A stretch of 63,614 nucleotides of DNA, filler included, from Octopus bimaculoides (GCF_001194135.2; 7 parts of 6 records of this genome joined end to end with filler, not necessarily neighbours in it), one strand, 5' to 3'. Positions 1 through 12,574 are shown, counted from the whole stretch's first letter. Program-made: numbers and translations. The notes: generated by a model not told the origin, from the sequence alone.

Positions 1-2954
1 TATATATATATATATATGTATAAATACATATTAGTAATTCAGAGTTTTTTCTGTGTGTATATGTATTTAAGTATATGCTGGGTAAAAGAAAATACAGGAG
101 GATCAGTTAATTATGATTTTATTCAACATATTCGCCTTTCAGATCACACACTTATTGCAGTGGTTCTTCAGATTTTCTAAGCTCTGTAAAAACAATTCAG
201 AAGGTTGGGCCTCTAAGTGAGTTTTCGCGATACCCTTAAAGCCGGGAACTTTTCAGCCGTCAAGTATGTCTGTTTGTGTGTGTGTAGGGACATGTAGGGA
301 CGTTAGCCTACAATTTGTAACGCTCACATTGTAGATAGTAAACAAATATAAATACCTCTTCTTTTTCCCTTGGTACACCAAAACTAAATAGATAGCTAAA
401 ATAAAGAGGATTGTGCTGATGACCTTTCGTGGCTGGCTGGTCACTTCTCAGAGAATATGTACCTCATAACTTTTCGCCTTCTCGGAGAACTTGCAAGCAA
501 TTGCTATTTAAACCAAACACAAACCTGGATTTATCGGAATTCGCTTGACTAATTTACATATCATGTATTTCTCGATGGAATGACTAATAGGCACAAATAT
601 CATGTAATATTAATCAATCCATATATTAGTTATCGATAAATACGCACAAACCGTATCCATTATAAACTAAATAATGGTGTTAGCCTAAATCTATATAGGC
701 TAAGTCGAGGAACTTTAATCAAGTATCAACATATCTTGTAATTCTCCTCGTACGGCATAAAATAAAAGCATTCTGATATGTTTCATGCCTGGTTGATCCT
801 AAATATACTGCAATCTTCAATCTTTGAGGAGAATTTGATTGTCATCGCTATTTAAATGAACCACAAACTAGAATAAAACGGAAATGAGCTAATTTGCATG
901 TCACGCATTTGGTGGTGGAATGGTTACTTAGTTAATATTTTATGCACTAGCAGAAATTTTAGTACAGCTAGTTTAGACATTGTTTTTTTCTGATTTAAAT
1001 AGCGATTACTATCAAGTTGTCTTGGAATGCAGAAGAGTGAGGGTACTTCTTATTCTTTAGTTTATCATCTTTGTAGTACAATATGAAAGCTGTAAGCACA
1101 GAGGAGAAATTATAATACGCTGCATAATACTTTCGTAAATACATAGATATATGCACGCACGCACACACACACACACACNNNNNNNNNNNNNNNNNNNNNN
1201 NNNNNNNNNNNNNNNNNNNNNNNNNNNNNNNNNNNNNNNNNNNNNNNNNNNNNNNNNNNNNNNNNNNNNNNNNNNNNNNNNNNNNNNNNNNNNNNNNNNN
1301 NNNNNNNNNNNNNNNNNNNNNNNNNNNNNNNNNNNNNNNNNNNNNNNNNNNNNNNNNNNNNNNNNNNNNNNNNNNNNNNNNNNNNNNNNNNNNNNNNNNN
1401 NNNNNNNNNNNNNNNNNNNNNNNNNNNNNNNNNNNNNNNNNNNNNNNNNNNNNNNNNNNNNNNNNNNNNNNNNNNNNNNNNNNNNNNNNNNNNNNNNNNN
1501 NNNNNNNNNNNNNNNNNNNNNNNNNNNNNNNNNNNNNNNNNNNNNNNNNNNNNNNNNNNNNNNNNNNNNNNNNNNNNNNNNNNNNNNNNNNNNNNNNNNN
1601 NNNNNNNNNNNNNNNNNNNNNNNNNNNNNNNNNNNNNNNNNNNNNNNNNNNNNNNNNNNNNNNNNNNNNNNNNNNNNNNNNNNNNNNNNNNNNNNNNNNN
1701 NNNNNNNNNNNNNNNNNNNNNNNNNNNNNNNNNNNNNNNNNNNNNNNNNNNNNNNNNNNNNNNNNNNNNNNNNNNNNNNNNNNNNNNNNNNNNNNNNNNN
1801 NNNNNNNNNNNNNNNNNNNNNNNNNNNNNNNNNNNNNNNNNNNNNNNNNNNNNNNNNNNNNNNNNNNNNNNNNNNNNNNNNNNNNNNNNNNNNNNNNNNN
1901 NNNNNNNNNNNNNNNNNNNNNNNNNNNNNNNNNNNNNNNNNNNNNNNNNNNNNNNNNNNNNNNNNNNNNNNNNNNNNNNNNNNNNNNNNNNNNNNNNNNN
2001 NNNNNNNNNNNNNNNNNNNNNNNNNNNNNNNNNNNNNNNNNNNNNNNNNNNNNNNNNNNNNNNNNNNNNNNNNNNNNNNNNNNNNNNNNNNNNNNNNNNN
2101 NNNNNNNNNNNNNNNNNNNNNNNNNNNNNNNNNNNNNCTTAAGTAACTTTTAAAACGCCGAGGAAGGGAAAGAAAGGTGGGTGTGAGGAATATGTAGCTT
2201 TAAGAAGAGAGGGGGTAAGTTGACAACAATTGTTCACAGGTGGCCTGTCCATCGCAAAGAAACATCCCCACGCATACATATACGTACGTACCTACCTACC
2301 TACCTACCTACCTACCTACCTACCTACCTACCTACCTTCCTACCTACCTACCTACATACATACATATGTCTAATATACACCATTTTAAACTCATTTTAAA
2401 CTATGTCTAGTATACACCATTTTAAACTTTTGTAGGGTCTTCCCTGTTGCTGTGGCATATTGTGAAATTTTCAAATTACGTCTAGATTTTCAAATTTGGG
2501 ATATTGAAATAATTTTCCACAATAAATCCGATTTTGTTATTTATTTGTTCCAGAAAAATTGCAGTAAAATGTTACTGATGTTTAAAATTTAACCAATTTT
2601 ACCTATCGGAAAACAGGATTTGGAAGCTGACATTTTCTGCATAATAGTTGTCTATCACAAAATGAAAGCAAAATCATTACGTGGAGGAATTTTCATTAAA
2701 CAAACGAATGTAAAGCATTACAACGACCGAACTTCTGAAGTTTTAGTAAGTTTTAATGAATAGTCATGTGAAACGGTCGAATAAACGTGAATAATTTGAA
2801 AAGGGAAAAAATTCTCAACGAGGATTTTTGCGAAAAAAATCTGCCTGGATCAAGAGGCCTATCTGTCGAGGAAGGCATTGTCTGATATGGAATAAACAAA
2901 AAACTATATATAAAAACTATATATAAAAACTATATATAAAAACTATATATTGCA

Positions 2955-2990
2955 AAAATTTCCCGGCAACGATGGGCTATTCAGCTAATG
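2955..2990 (+). mobile_element. Degenerate Helitron-like 3' terminus
   Basis: TTTCCCGGCAACGATGGGCTATTCAGCTAAT: short CCC..GGG hairpin followed by CTAA (CTAG with one change). Preceded by a 12-bp tandem (AAAACTATATAT) x4. Confidence 0.35.
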
Positions 2991-3844
2991 ATAGATCGGT
3001 GACCACTACACACATTTTTTTCTCTCCTTGTTTCTNNNNNNNNNNNNNNNNNNNNNNNNNNNNNNNNNNNNNNNNNNNNNNNNNNNNNNNNNNNNNNNNN
3101 NNNNNNNNNNNNNNNNNNNNNNNNNNNNNNNNNNNNNNNNNNNNNNNNNNNNNNNNNNNNNNNNNNNNNNNNNNNNNNNNNNNNNNNNNNNNNNNATATA
3201 TATATATATATATATATAAAGACGCAGACAGTGTAGCTAACAAAGGCAAAAACAACAGCAGTGCATTTCACACAGCACTAATTGTAGAAACTCCAGAAAT
3301 GGAACGGTGGCGGTTAGACTGACTCCGATTTGTTTCGGAAGAAGAATGTACTGAAGCCTTTCTTCAAGTAGTACTACCCATCTTATCACGAGGTTTGAAA
3401 CCAGATGGAAAAAGAGGGAGACTCGCAGAACATTTCATGGGGAAAAAAAACAAAACTAAAAAGAAGTAAAAGAAAAAGTCTAGTCCAGTTAGAAAGCTTC
3501 CTGAATGTTGGAAGGGAAGCATGATTTCTATTGAGTGTATTCTATTAAGTGTATTCTGGAAAATTCAGGCTGAACCTGGCAAACAGGTTTTCTGAACTGC
3601 ACCCATTCTCAGCTCAAGACCAGCTTTGCTAATGTTTATTCTCAAATTCTTCATCATATTTCTCAATGTTTCAATGATAATTGACAGGATCATAACCTTG
3701 TCAAGTTCTTTGTTCCAGCAATTGAGGATATCATACAGAAAGTCAGTATAATATTCTACAGTTTCTTCTTTCTATTTCTGATTATGGCATCAAGTGGCCA
3801 TGCCACATCAATTGCAACACTTACATTCGTCCATTTATCTATTT

Positions 3845-4190
3845 TCTCTGCCCAGGATTCCTGGGTGGGTCGTGAGGGAAGAATCCTCCGGCACCTCCTC
3901 CATAGGGTCCTATCAGAAGCAACTGTCTTTCACTTCCCGGTTGAATTCCAAAGTGTGATCAGCGGAGACTCTAGATATTATCCATCTCGTGAAGGCGCGT
4001 GGCTTAGTGCTTAGGGTATTCGGCTCATGCCCGTAAGGCAGCACCTGCAATAGTGCGGCAGCACCTGCAATTCTAGCATCCAGCTCAGCCATCGGCTTCC
4101 CATCACTCGTGAATACTTAAACTGCTCCACTTGTCTCAGTGATGTTCCATTAACGTATAGAGAGCAGTCTTTGGGTCATTATCCACCGTA
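3845..4190 (-). mobile_element. RTE-clade LINE remnant (RT C-terminal part and 3' end)
   Basis: Minus-strand translation gives CSLYVNGTSLRQVEQFKY...ELDARIAGAAA (4040-4190) and ...TVASDRTLWRR (about 3890-3930). Same family as 29290-29935. A SINE head fragment lies at about 3990-4038. Confidence 0.7.
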
Positions 4191-4496
4191 ACAACTATTA
4201 TATCCAGATGGCGCTCTGTTTTTCTTTCGATTTGTATAAGGAAGTTTTATAACAATCTCACTTCTTCGTTTTGAAGAACTTTTACTAATTTTTACGATCA
4301 CAAAATAGTCAAAGCTCTTCCCTGTGTGTGCAAAATCGCATCAGTTGCAAAAACAAAATTTTATATCATGGTTGTGTGGTTAAGATACTCGCTTTGCAAC
4401 TACGTTCAGTCCTACAACGGGGAGGCACCTTGGGCAGGTGTCTTCTACTATACCGCAGGGCCACACAGTGCTGTGTGGAGGCCCATCATATCTATT

Positions 4497-4690
4497 GAGA
4501 GCTGGCAGTGTCGTTAGCGCGCGGAGCAAAATGCTTAGCGGCAATTCGTCTGTCTCCATGTTCTGAGTTCAAATTTCGCTGACGTCGACTTTGCCTTCTT
4601 CCTTTCTGAGTCGATAAATAAGTACCAGTTGAACACTGCGGTCAATGCAATCTACTATCCGCGTCTCTAAATTTCAGGCATTGTGTCTAT
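4497..4690 (+). mobile_element. SINE family A copy
   Basis: Shares the core GTTCTGAGTTCAAAT..GTCGACTTTGCCTT..TCGATAAATAAGTACCAGTT with more than 12 copies in the window. Ends in (ATT)n. Confidence 0.75.
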
Positions 4691-4700
4691 AGTAGAAACG

Positions 4701-4745
<45 letters not shown>

Positions 4746-4747
4746 GA

Positions 4748-4945
4748 AGGCGGCGACCTGGCTGAATCGTTAAGCACGCCGGGCAAAATGCTTAGCGGGA
4801 TTTCGCCCGTCTTTACGTTCCGAGTTCAAATTCCGTCGAGGTCGACTTTGCCTTTCATCCTTTCGGGGTCGATAAAATAAGTACCAGTTGAGTCCTGGGG
4901 TCAATCTAATCGGCTTAGCCTCTCCTCTGAAAATGCTGGTCTCGT
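4748..4945 (+). mobile_element. SINE family A copy (tandem with the previous one)
   Basis: GAATCGTTAAGCACGCCGGGCAAAATGCTTAGCGG...GTCGACTTTGCCTTTCATCCTTTCGGGGTCGATAAAATAAGTACCAG, then an ATTATT tail. Confidence 0.85.
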
Positions 4946-5104
4946 ACCTAAATCTGAAACCATCATTATTGTTGTTAGTTCGTCGTGTTAACGAATTCTG
5001 GATTGTTGTTATTCCGTTGTTCCATATTACGGTCTATAAAATATTGCATTCTTCTCCTGTTTCGTCACCAAATTTCCTTTAAAATTAAGCTTCTCATTAC
5101 TGGG

Positions 5105-5136
<32 letters not shown>

Positions 5137-5875
5137 GAGAGTAGCAGTGACGGTGGAGGTAAGTGGTGAGAAAGTGAATGGTTGAGGTAGCGGTGGCGGT
5201 TGTTGTGGCGTGAGCAGGAATAGTGATGGTGATGGTGATGGTGGTGTGGTTAAAAACAGATTTTTTTTCAAAATCGCTTTTCCAATTCAAAATACGGCAA
5301 AAGGTAAAAAAAACCCAGAACAAAACAGAAATACTAGAAGTAAAAAAAACAAAAAAAAAAACAACCCAAAACCCTTCATTGAGAGAAGCGTTGAGTAACA
5401 AAACAATATGAAACAAAAAGAAACAGGGAAAACGGATATACATACATACATACATATATATANNNNNNNNNNNNNNNNNNNNNNNNNNNNNNNNNNNNNN
5501 NNNNNNNNNNNNNNNNNNNNNNNNNNNNNNNNNNNNNNNNNNNNNNNNNNNNNNNNNNNNNNNNNNNNNNNNNNNNNNNNNNNNNNNNNNNNNNNNNNNN
5601 NNNNNNNNNNNNNNNNNNNNNNNNNNNNNNNNNNNNNNNNNNNNNNNNNNNNNNNNNNNNNNNNNNNNNNNNNNNNNNNNNNNNNNNNNNNNNNNNNNNN
5701 NNNNNNNNNNNNNNNNNNNNNNNNNNNNNNNNNNNNNNNNNNNNNNNNNNNNNNNNNNNNNNNNNNNNNNNNNNNNNNNNNNNNNGTACTGGCGTTTCTT
5801 ATGTACATGTGTAAGTATATAAGTATGCATATATGTATGTATACATATACTTATATATACATACACATAGGTATG

Positions 5876-5925
<50 letters not shown>

Positions 5926-6935
5926 TACATATAGTATATGTATGTGTGCGTGCGTGTGTGTAAAAGAAAAGAAGTGGTAAGAAGAGGTGTAATAAGACGG
6001 AAGTGGGACGATAACGTAAGATCATTATATATGATAGGCCAAATAAAAACAAAACAAAAATGTAAATGAAGAAAATGAAAATAAGAAGAATAATGACGTC
6101 ATTCAACGAAGATTTGGAAAGATATGAATGACAGTGAGCACACTTAAATAGAAATACAATGACTAACATACATACATACATACATACATACATACATACA
6201 TACACAGGCGCGTACGTACATGCATATATACATACATGTACGCACACCCCGCCAAACGCACACATATATATACTTAGATATGTACAAACAGACAGACATA
6301 TATTGCCATATGCGTAGAGGCCTCTTTCTCCATCTTTCTCTCGCTCTCTCTAAATATGCTCTCTCTCTCTCCCCCCCCNNNNNNNNNNNNNNNNNNNNNN
6401 NNNNNNNNNNNNNNNNNNNNNNNNNNNNNNNNNNNNNNNNNNNNNNNNNNNNNNNNNNNNNNNNNNNNNNNNNNNNNNNNNNNNNNNNNNNNNNNNNNNN
6501 NNNNNNNNNNNNNNNNNNNNNNNNNNNNNNNNNNNNNNNNNNNNNNNNNNNNNNNNNNNNNNNNNNNNNNNNNNNNNNNNNNNNNNNNNNNNNNNNNNNN
6601 NNNNNNNNNNNNNNNNNNNNNNNNNNNNNNNNNNNNNNNNNNNNNNNNNNNNNNNNNNNNNNNNNNNNNNNNNNNNNNNNNNNNNNNNNNNNNNNNNNNN
6701 NNNNNNNNNNNNNNNNNNNNNNNNNNNNNNNNNNNNNNNNNNNNNNNNNNNNNNNNNNNNNCCCCAGTACTTAATATTTTTGCTAAGTCAGGTACTTATT
6801 CTATCGATCTCTATTGTCTAAACGGTAATTTTGTGGGGGACAAACACAGACACAAGTACATATACACACACACAAACACACACACACACACACACATACA
6901 TACATACATACATACATACATACATACATACATAG

Positions 6936-7125
6936 GGAGAATTCACAAAACAGAAGACGAAGGCGGTGGAGAAAACAAACAGATGCATTAGTATAACGCT
7001 CGGAAATTGAAAAAGTCTTTAACGTTTCGAGCCTACGCTCTTCCACAAAAAGGAACACAGAAAAAAAACACGGAGAGAAACAAACAGAGAAAAACAATGT
7101 GTGTAGTGATTAGCGATCTACATTC
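6936..7125 (-). repeat. Interspersed repeat, probable Penelope-like terminal (pLTR) sequence
   Basis: Homologous to 14934-15138 and 15396-15599. Minus strand carries GGAAGAGC-GTAG-GCTCGAAACGTT, a PLE-type terminal motif. Confidence 0.5.
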
Positions 7126-7164
7126 ACACACACGCACACATGTGTGTATGTATGTATGTATGTA

Positions 7165-7330
7165 TGTATACGACGGGCTTCTTCCATTTTCCACCTCCCA
7201 AATCCAGTCACGAGGCTTTGGTCCGTCCGACGTTATTGTAAAAGACACTTGCCCTATTTGTTACGCAGATGGGCAGAACCCGGAACCATGTTGTTCAGAA
7301 GCAAGCTTCTGTCCACACAACCACACCTGC
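7165..7330 (-). mobile_element. SINE family C (tRNA-like head plus CORE-like CCTTGGGCAAGTGTCTT region)
   Basis: Reverse complement matches copies at 45820-45972, 50580-50760 and 51575-51670. Abuts (TATG)n. Confidence 0.75.
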
Positions 7331-7873
7331 ACCTATCTGTAAATATTTTGTAGATGCAGGCTTTGAAATTTGTGAAAACCTATGTGGCGTGTGTCAGTGC
7401 GTATGTCTGGGCGACCAATAATTTTCTTTTTAACATTTAATCCTAATCTATAGCATCAGAAGGTATTTGTAGAAAATTTCATTATAAAATATCCATTTTT
7501 TTTTAGAAGTTATTAAGAAACGAAGTCGTGTTGGCACAGTTTCGTAGATATACCAAGAGATAGACTGACTGATGCATAAAACGGGCGATGTGTAGAAGTG
7601 AGGGTGTCTGTAAAAAGGTGGAGTAGTATACAACGACGGTGGTGAAATCAGGGTTGTGTACATACATGTGTAACCGTATATATGCATGTATGACTGTCTG
7701 CTTGTGTGTGTGTGTACGCGTGTGCATGTGTGTGTGTGTGAGCGAGAATGTGTTTATGTATGTGCAACTGCAGNNNNNNNNNNNNNNNNNNNNNNNNNNN
7801 NNNNNNNNNNNNNNNNNTTAATTAATTAANNNNNNNNNNNNNNNNNNNNNNNNNNNNNNNNNNNNNNNNNNNN

Positions 7874-7904
<31 letters not shown>

Positions 7905-7986
7905 CACACATACATACATATATTACACCACCTGTCCTCGTCTGTTGTTGTTTATTTGTATATTCTCCCATATATATACATATATA

Positions 7987-8238
7987 TCGTCGTCGTCGTT
8001 TAACGTCCACTTTCCATGCTAGCATGGGTTGGACGATTTGACTGAGGACTGGTGAAACCAGATGGCTACACCAGACTCCAATCTGATTTGGCAGAGTTTC
8101 TACAGCTGGATGCCCTTCCTAACACCAACCACTCCGAGAGTGTAGTGGGTGCTTTTACGTGTCACCCGCACGAAGGCCAGTCAGGCGATACTGGCAATGG
8201 CCACGCTCAAAATGGTGCATTTCATGTCACCCGCACAG
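7987..8238 (-). mobile_element. SINE-like family E, 3' part
   Basis: Reverse complement of 14760-14895 (GGAAGGGCATCCAGCTGTAGAAACTCTGCCAAATCAGATTGGAG...CCATGCTAGCATGGAAAG.GGACGTTAAACGACGA tail). Confidence 0.75.
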
Positions 8239-8570
8239 NNNNNNNNNNNNNNNNNNNNNNNNNNNNNNNNNNNNNNNNNNNNNNNNNNNNNNNNNNNNNN
8301 NNNNNNNNNNNNNNNNNNNNNNNNNNNNNNNNNNNNNNNNNNNNNNNNNNNNNNNNNNNNNNNNNNNNNNNNNNNNNNNNNNNNNNNNNNNNNNNNNNNN
8401 NNNNNNNNNNNNNNNNNNNNNNNNNNNNNNNNNNNNNNNNNNNNNNNNNNNNNNNNNNNNNNNNNNNNNNNNNNNNNNNNNNNNNNNNNNNNNNNNNNNN
8501 NNNNNNNNNNNNNNNNNNNNNNNNNNNNNNNNNNNNNNNNNNNNNNNNNNNNNNNNNNNNNNNNNNNNNN

Positions 8571-8990
8571 AATCCTACAACGGCCCCGCACAAGAGCCAG
8601 TCCAGGGGCACTGGCAACGGTCTCGCTCGAAAAATTTCTTGTGTCACCCGCACAAGAGCCAGTCCAGGGGAAAATCCTACAACGGCCCCGCACAAGAGCC
8701 AGTCCAGTGGCACTGGCAATGGTCTTGCTCGAAAAATTTCTTGTGTCACCTGCACAAGAGCCAGTCCAGGGGCACTGGCAACGACCTCACTTGAAAGATT
8801 TCATGTGTCGCCCGCTCATGAGCCAGTCCAGGGGAACCAGCAACGATCTCGCTTGAAAATCCTACAATGGCCCCGCACCAGAGCCAGTCCAGGGGCACTG
8901 GCAACGGTCTCGCTCGAAAAATTTCTTGTGACACCCGCACAAGAGCCAGTCCAGGGGCACTGGCAACGATCTCGATTCGAAAATCTGCCT
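8571..8990. repeat. About 62-bp tandem minisatellite (at least 7 units) of the family E internal subunit
   Basis: Recurrent GAGCCAGTCCAGGGGCACTGGCAACG..CTCG..CGAAAA unit, with one shortened unit. The array probably continues into the gap 8239-8570. Confidence 0.9.
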
Positions 8991-8991
8991 G

Positions 8992-9560
8992 AAAGTCTCA
9001 AGGTACTTCTCAGTGGCTTCTTTGTTAGCTGATGCTGTCTCTCCATGCAGGGAAGCACACTTTATTTTAACCCATTTCTGGAAACAGTCAAACCATCCCT
9101 TGCTGGTTTGGAAATCTTTGGGCTTCAGTGCAGTGAATGGTCTTGGTTGTGGTTCTTCAGTATCTTCTGCTCCATCTCCTCTGTCGAACTGCTGGTATAA
9201 TTTCCATGCTTCTTTGCGGATAATGTTACCACTCAAGGAGATGGTTTTCTTCTTGTAGTCACTGATCCACAATACCAAGGCAGATTCTATCCTGACAAAG
9301 TGCTTACTTCTCTCTATCACTATCTTTTTGGCATTTTCACAGAAACTTATTGCTATGGTAGTCCTGATCACCACCTCATTCTTCTTCATGTAGTGTATAG
9401 TGCTTTCATTGACAACATAATAGCAACCTACTGCAGCAAAACTTTTACCTTCCTGGAACATATCCAGCAGTTGTGCCTGCTCATGGAATGTCATAACCCT
9501 TTTCTGACTTTTAGGTTCACTGCCAGAAACCTTAAAAGGTGTAGGGCATTTGGGTAGCAT
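8992..9560 (-). pseudogene. Tigger/pogo (TIGD-like) transposase N-terminus with CENP-B-type HTH domains, truncated
   Basis: ORF 8862..9560: KRVMTFHEQAQLLDMFQEGKSFAAVGCYYVVNESTIHYMKKNE, ESALVLWI, FQTSKGWFDCFQK, LHGETASANKEA. Homology stops at about 8992 where the family E array begins. No DDD domain. Confidence 0.9.
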
Positions 9561-10374
9561 CTTAGGGCTTTAATAACACACTGCAAAAAACACAGCACTC
9601 AACAAAATACTTGAGTTAGCTATTGGATGCAGTTTTTCCAAAAGAAAAACCTACAAAAAAATCTTCATTGCATCTAATATGTGCATATCACCAATGGGAG
9701 ATTGAGCAGAGATTAAAAATAATCATGGTTTTGAAAAATTTAGTATTATTATTAAATACAGTAATCTATACTATAATAATGAGAGAGAGAGAGGGAAGGG
9801 AGAGAGAGGGAGGGGAGAGAGAGGGAGGGGACAGAGAGAGGGAGGGAGAGAGGGACCAGCAAGTAACCTAATTTCAACGAGACTATATTGGCTCAACGCC
9901 TTAAAAATTATCTGTTGAAATAAACAATGATCAAATGTAGCAATGATTTTAAAAAAAAGTGCTGGTATAAAATTAACATCCAGTTGTCCAGTCTTGTGTT
10001 GTGTATATGTTTGGTCTGTCATCACTAGCCCAAGTAATGCTGGTGCGATACACTGTGTGTGTGTGTGTGTGTGTGTACATCTATCTATCTATCTATCTAT
10101 CTATATATATATATATATATAGATACTTTCACTACAATGAGAAGTTGTTGAGAGACAAATACTGCGGGCAAGAGAGACAGAAAGAGTGTGTATGTGTGAA
10201 ATATAGATAGATGTTGCTATACCGACTAGCAAGCTTTGATTGAAAGCAGGAATAAGAGATACAAGATACAGTGTACTTGTATCTAAGAAAAATCAAGTGA
10301 TGTGATGCGCAGGTATTCTAATCAGAGAGACCTTCAGCAGTGAAGGGGTGTCCAGTAAACCGGCAAATACGGTA

Positions 10375-10660
10375 TATTATTACCTCTGCCTTAGCGGTGG
10401 AGATATTGTTTTCAGTCATGTTTGCTTGTTTGTCTGTGGACAAGATATATCAAGAATCACTGGATGTATTCAGATGAGACTTTCAGGGATGTTTGGCCTC
10501 ATGACTAGCATGAACTGATTAGATTTGGTACCAGACAAGGATTCTGATTTTTCTGGTGTTTTACTTAATTTTTGAGAGTGGTCGGGATCATTTTTAGTAT
10601 TCTTGTTTGTGAGAGCTGTTAATTTATTTCAGATATTCTCATTTTAAAAATCATCTCTGG
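10375..10660 (+). repeat. Unclassified non-autonomous DNA/Helentron-like repeat
   Basis: Starts TATTACCTCTGCCTTAGCGGTGGAGATATTGTTTTC..GTTTGTCTGTG, a pattern typical of small rolling-circle or MITE-like repeats. Family not assignable by eye. Confidence 0.35.
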
Positions 10661-10844
10661 CTAATCATTGAGAAGATGCTGGTGTTGCCTTGGTGGAGGT
10701 TTGTGCTCTCTGAGTGCGCTTGTTATTAATAATTTAAAAAGTGTGAAAAAGTATATATTGCTATGAAAAAGCCATAAAAAATCATGGATGATATTTATGA
10801 GTCTGTGAATATGCAGTTTCCACAAACAATTATTAGTTGCATGT

Positions 10845-10892
10845 ATAACTGGGACTGCAAATGCCGAACTGCGAATAAGTGGGGGTACACTA
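10845..10892 (-). mobile_element. Probable Tigger-type terminal inverted repeat
   Basis: Reverse complement AGTGTACCCCCACTTATTCGCAGTTCGGCATTTGCAGTCCCAGTTA resembles Tigger7/MER44-type TIRs, is followed by TA, and is oriented as the left end of the transposase at 9560. Confidence 0.5.
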
Positions 10893-12306
10893 TATTTCAC
10901 ATTATTTTTGAAGCATAATTTGTAATATTAATGGATAATGAAAAATGTTTGTGAACTAAGTTTATATAGTCACATTTGTTTTTTTCCTCCATTCCTGTCT
11001 CATTACACTGTATGTGAAATTCTGTCATTATATGTCACTTTATATGATCTTTCTATACAGTATTATATTATATAAGGTAGTGTATTAGTAGAGTCCTTAT
11101 GGCATCGGACAAAATACTTTGTGGCATTTGTTCCAGCTCTCTACATTCTTTTAGGGTCAATAAAATAATGTACCAGTCAAGGACTAGGGTTGATGCCATC
11201 AACTATGCCATCTAAAAATGTACACACACAAACAAACAAGAACAAAATTCAACTACGTAAAGACATTAGAAATATATTATAACATTAAAGTATGTCTAAG
11301 TACATATTTTATCTTAAAAGTATTTCTTACACACAGATAAACACCCCTTCAACAATAGTCCAAGTGTCTTTCGAACAGCTCGTTTGTCAGAAACACTTTA
11401 GTATTCATTATTTATAAATTTACACATCCACTTGTACAGACCAAGCTAGGCATATATAATTTAAATTTAACATTGATGTTAAACTAATTTTAACCCTTAA
11501 TATAAACCAAATCTACTAAATCAGAACTGGTAAATCATCACGGACATTACTGTGATTATCATTTTATATCTACTGTCCATGCCAGCATAGTTTGGGTGGG
11601 TTTGTTCTCTTAGATGGGTTAGAAGGGAACTTGTTTCACTTGCATTTTATTTTGACTTGGTATCTATGGCTGGATGCTCTTCCTAACACCAACCACTTTA
11701 TGGACCAGTTTTTCCTTGAGCCACAACACTAGAGAGATATTATGTCCATGATAAAACAAAAAGGCTCTTAAAATCTCATGCTTTACAAAGTGTAGTGGAT
11801 GCATTTTCCTGATGCCAACACTGAAGAAGTAAGTCATGTCCTCAGCTACCTTTTTACAAAGTGAGAAGCATGATAGTGATGAAGAAGTATGTGACAGTGG
11901 GATATATTCTGAGATATTCACTACCATACTCAATCAAATCAGAATATAGTACAGTAAGAGCTGAGAAGAGGAGGGAGTGATTGAGAGATGAGTGATGAGT
12001 ATAGGTAGAAAAAAAAATGCATATGTATGATGAACAGAAAATGAGTAACAAAAGCAAGGATAAGAGCACAAAGTGTAGTAAACAGAAGAGAACTACTGCC
12101 ACCCTGAGGTGTACCAACAACATGATAGAGTGTAACTGGTAAGAACAGGGAGAGAGTGATCAAAGCCTTGTGTGTGGATTTGGTAGATGGAAACTGAAAG
12201 AAGCCCATTGTGTGTATATGTGTGAGTGACTGAGCCGCCTTTTTTGAAATTGCATCATAGTGTCACTGTAGCACAAGCAGTGTCATTCATTTCTAATATT
12301 CTACAA

Positions 12307-12574
12307 CAGTGGTTCCCAAAGTGGGTGGTATTGCCCCTTTGGGGGGGGGGCGTGGAAAGTTCCAAGGGGGCAATAATGGGGTAGCAATTCATGTAAAAAG
12401 TTGGGTAGATAAAATAATGGGTTCATTAGGTTAAGTTTTATTTGTGAAATACAGTTGCTTTGAATATGCTTCAGAAAGAGATGTAGGTCTGTGATGGCTA
12501 GTTGGGGTGGAGGTGCTAGGAATATGGCCTGGGTATCAAGAGGGCAACAGCCTGAAAATATTTGGGAATCACTG
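12307..12574. mobile_element. hAT (Charlie-like) MITE with TIRs and 8-bp TSD
   Basis: Left TIR CAGTGGTTCCCAAA, right TIR TTTGGGAATCACTG. Flanks TTCTACAA and TTCTGCAA (7/8 match). Confidence 0.85.

Noticed and set aside
415-445. CTGATGA motifs at about 416, 31599 and 61959 as hammerheads
   Set aside because: No proper stem II followed by GAAA with compatible stems I and III.
1151-2146. Long ORFs made mostly of X (also 45742-46940, 47493-48290, 58216-59325, 62442-63233 and others)
   Set aside because: They are open only because N runs and microsatellites contain no stop codons.
7818-7829. Palindrome TTAATTAATTAA isolated between N runs (also at 15710, 33379, 50828, 55847 and 61375)
   Set aside because: An identical 12-mer with stops in all frames and symmetric N padding is a scaffold-joining linker, not biology.
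8571-8990. CRISPR-like appearance of the regular repeat array
   Set aside because: The units are contiguous diverged copies with no unique spacers, there are no cas genes, and the context is eukaryotic.
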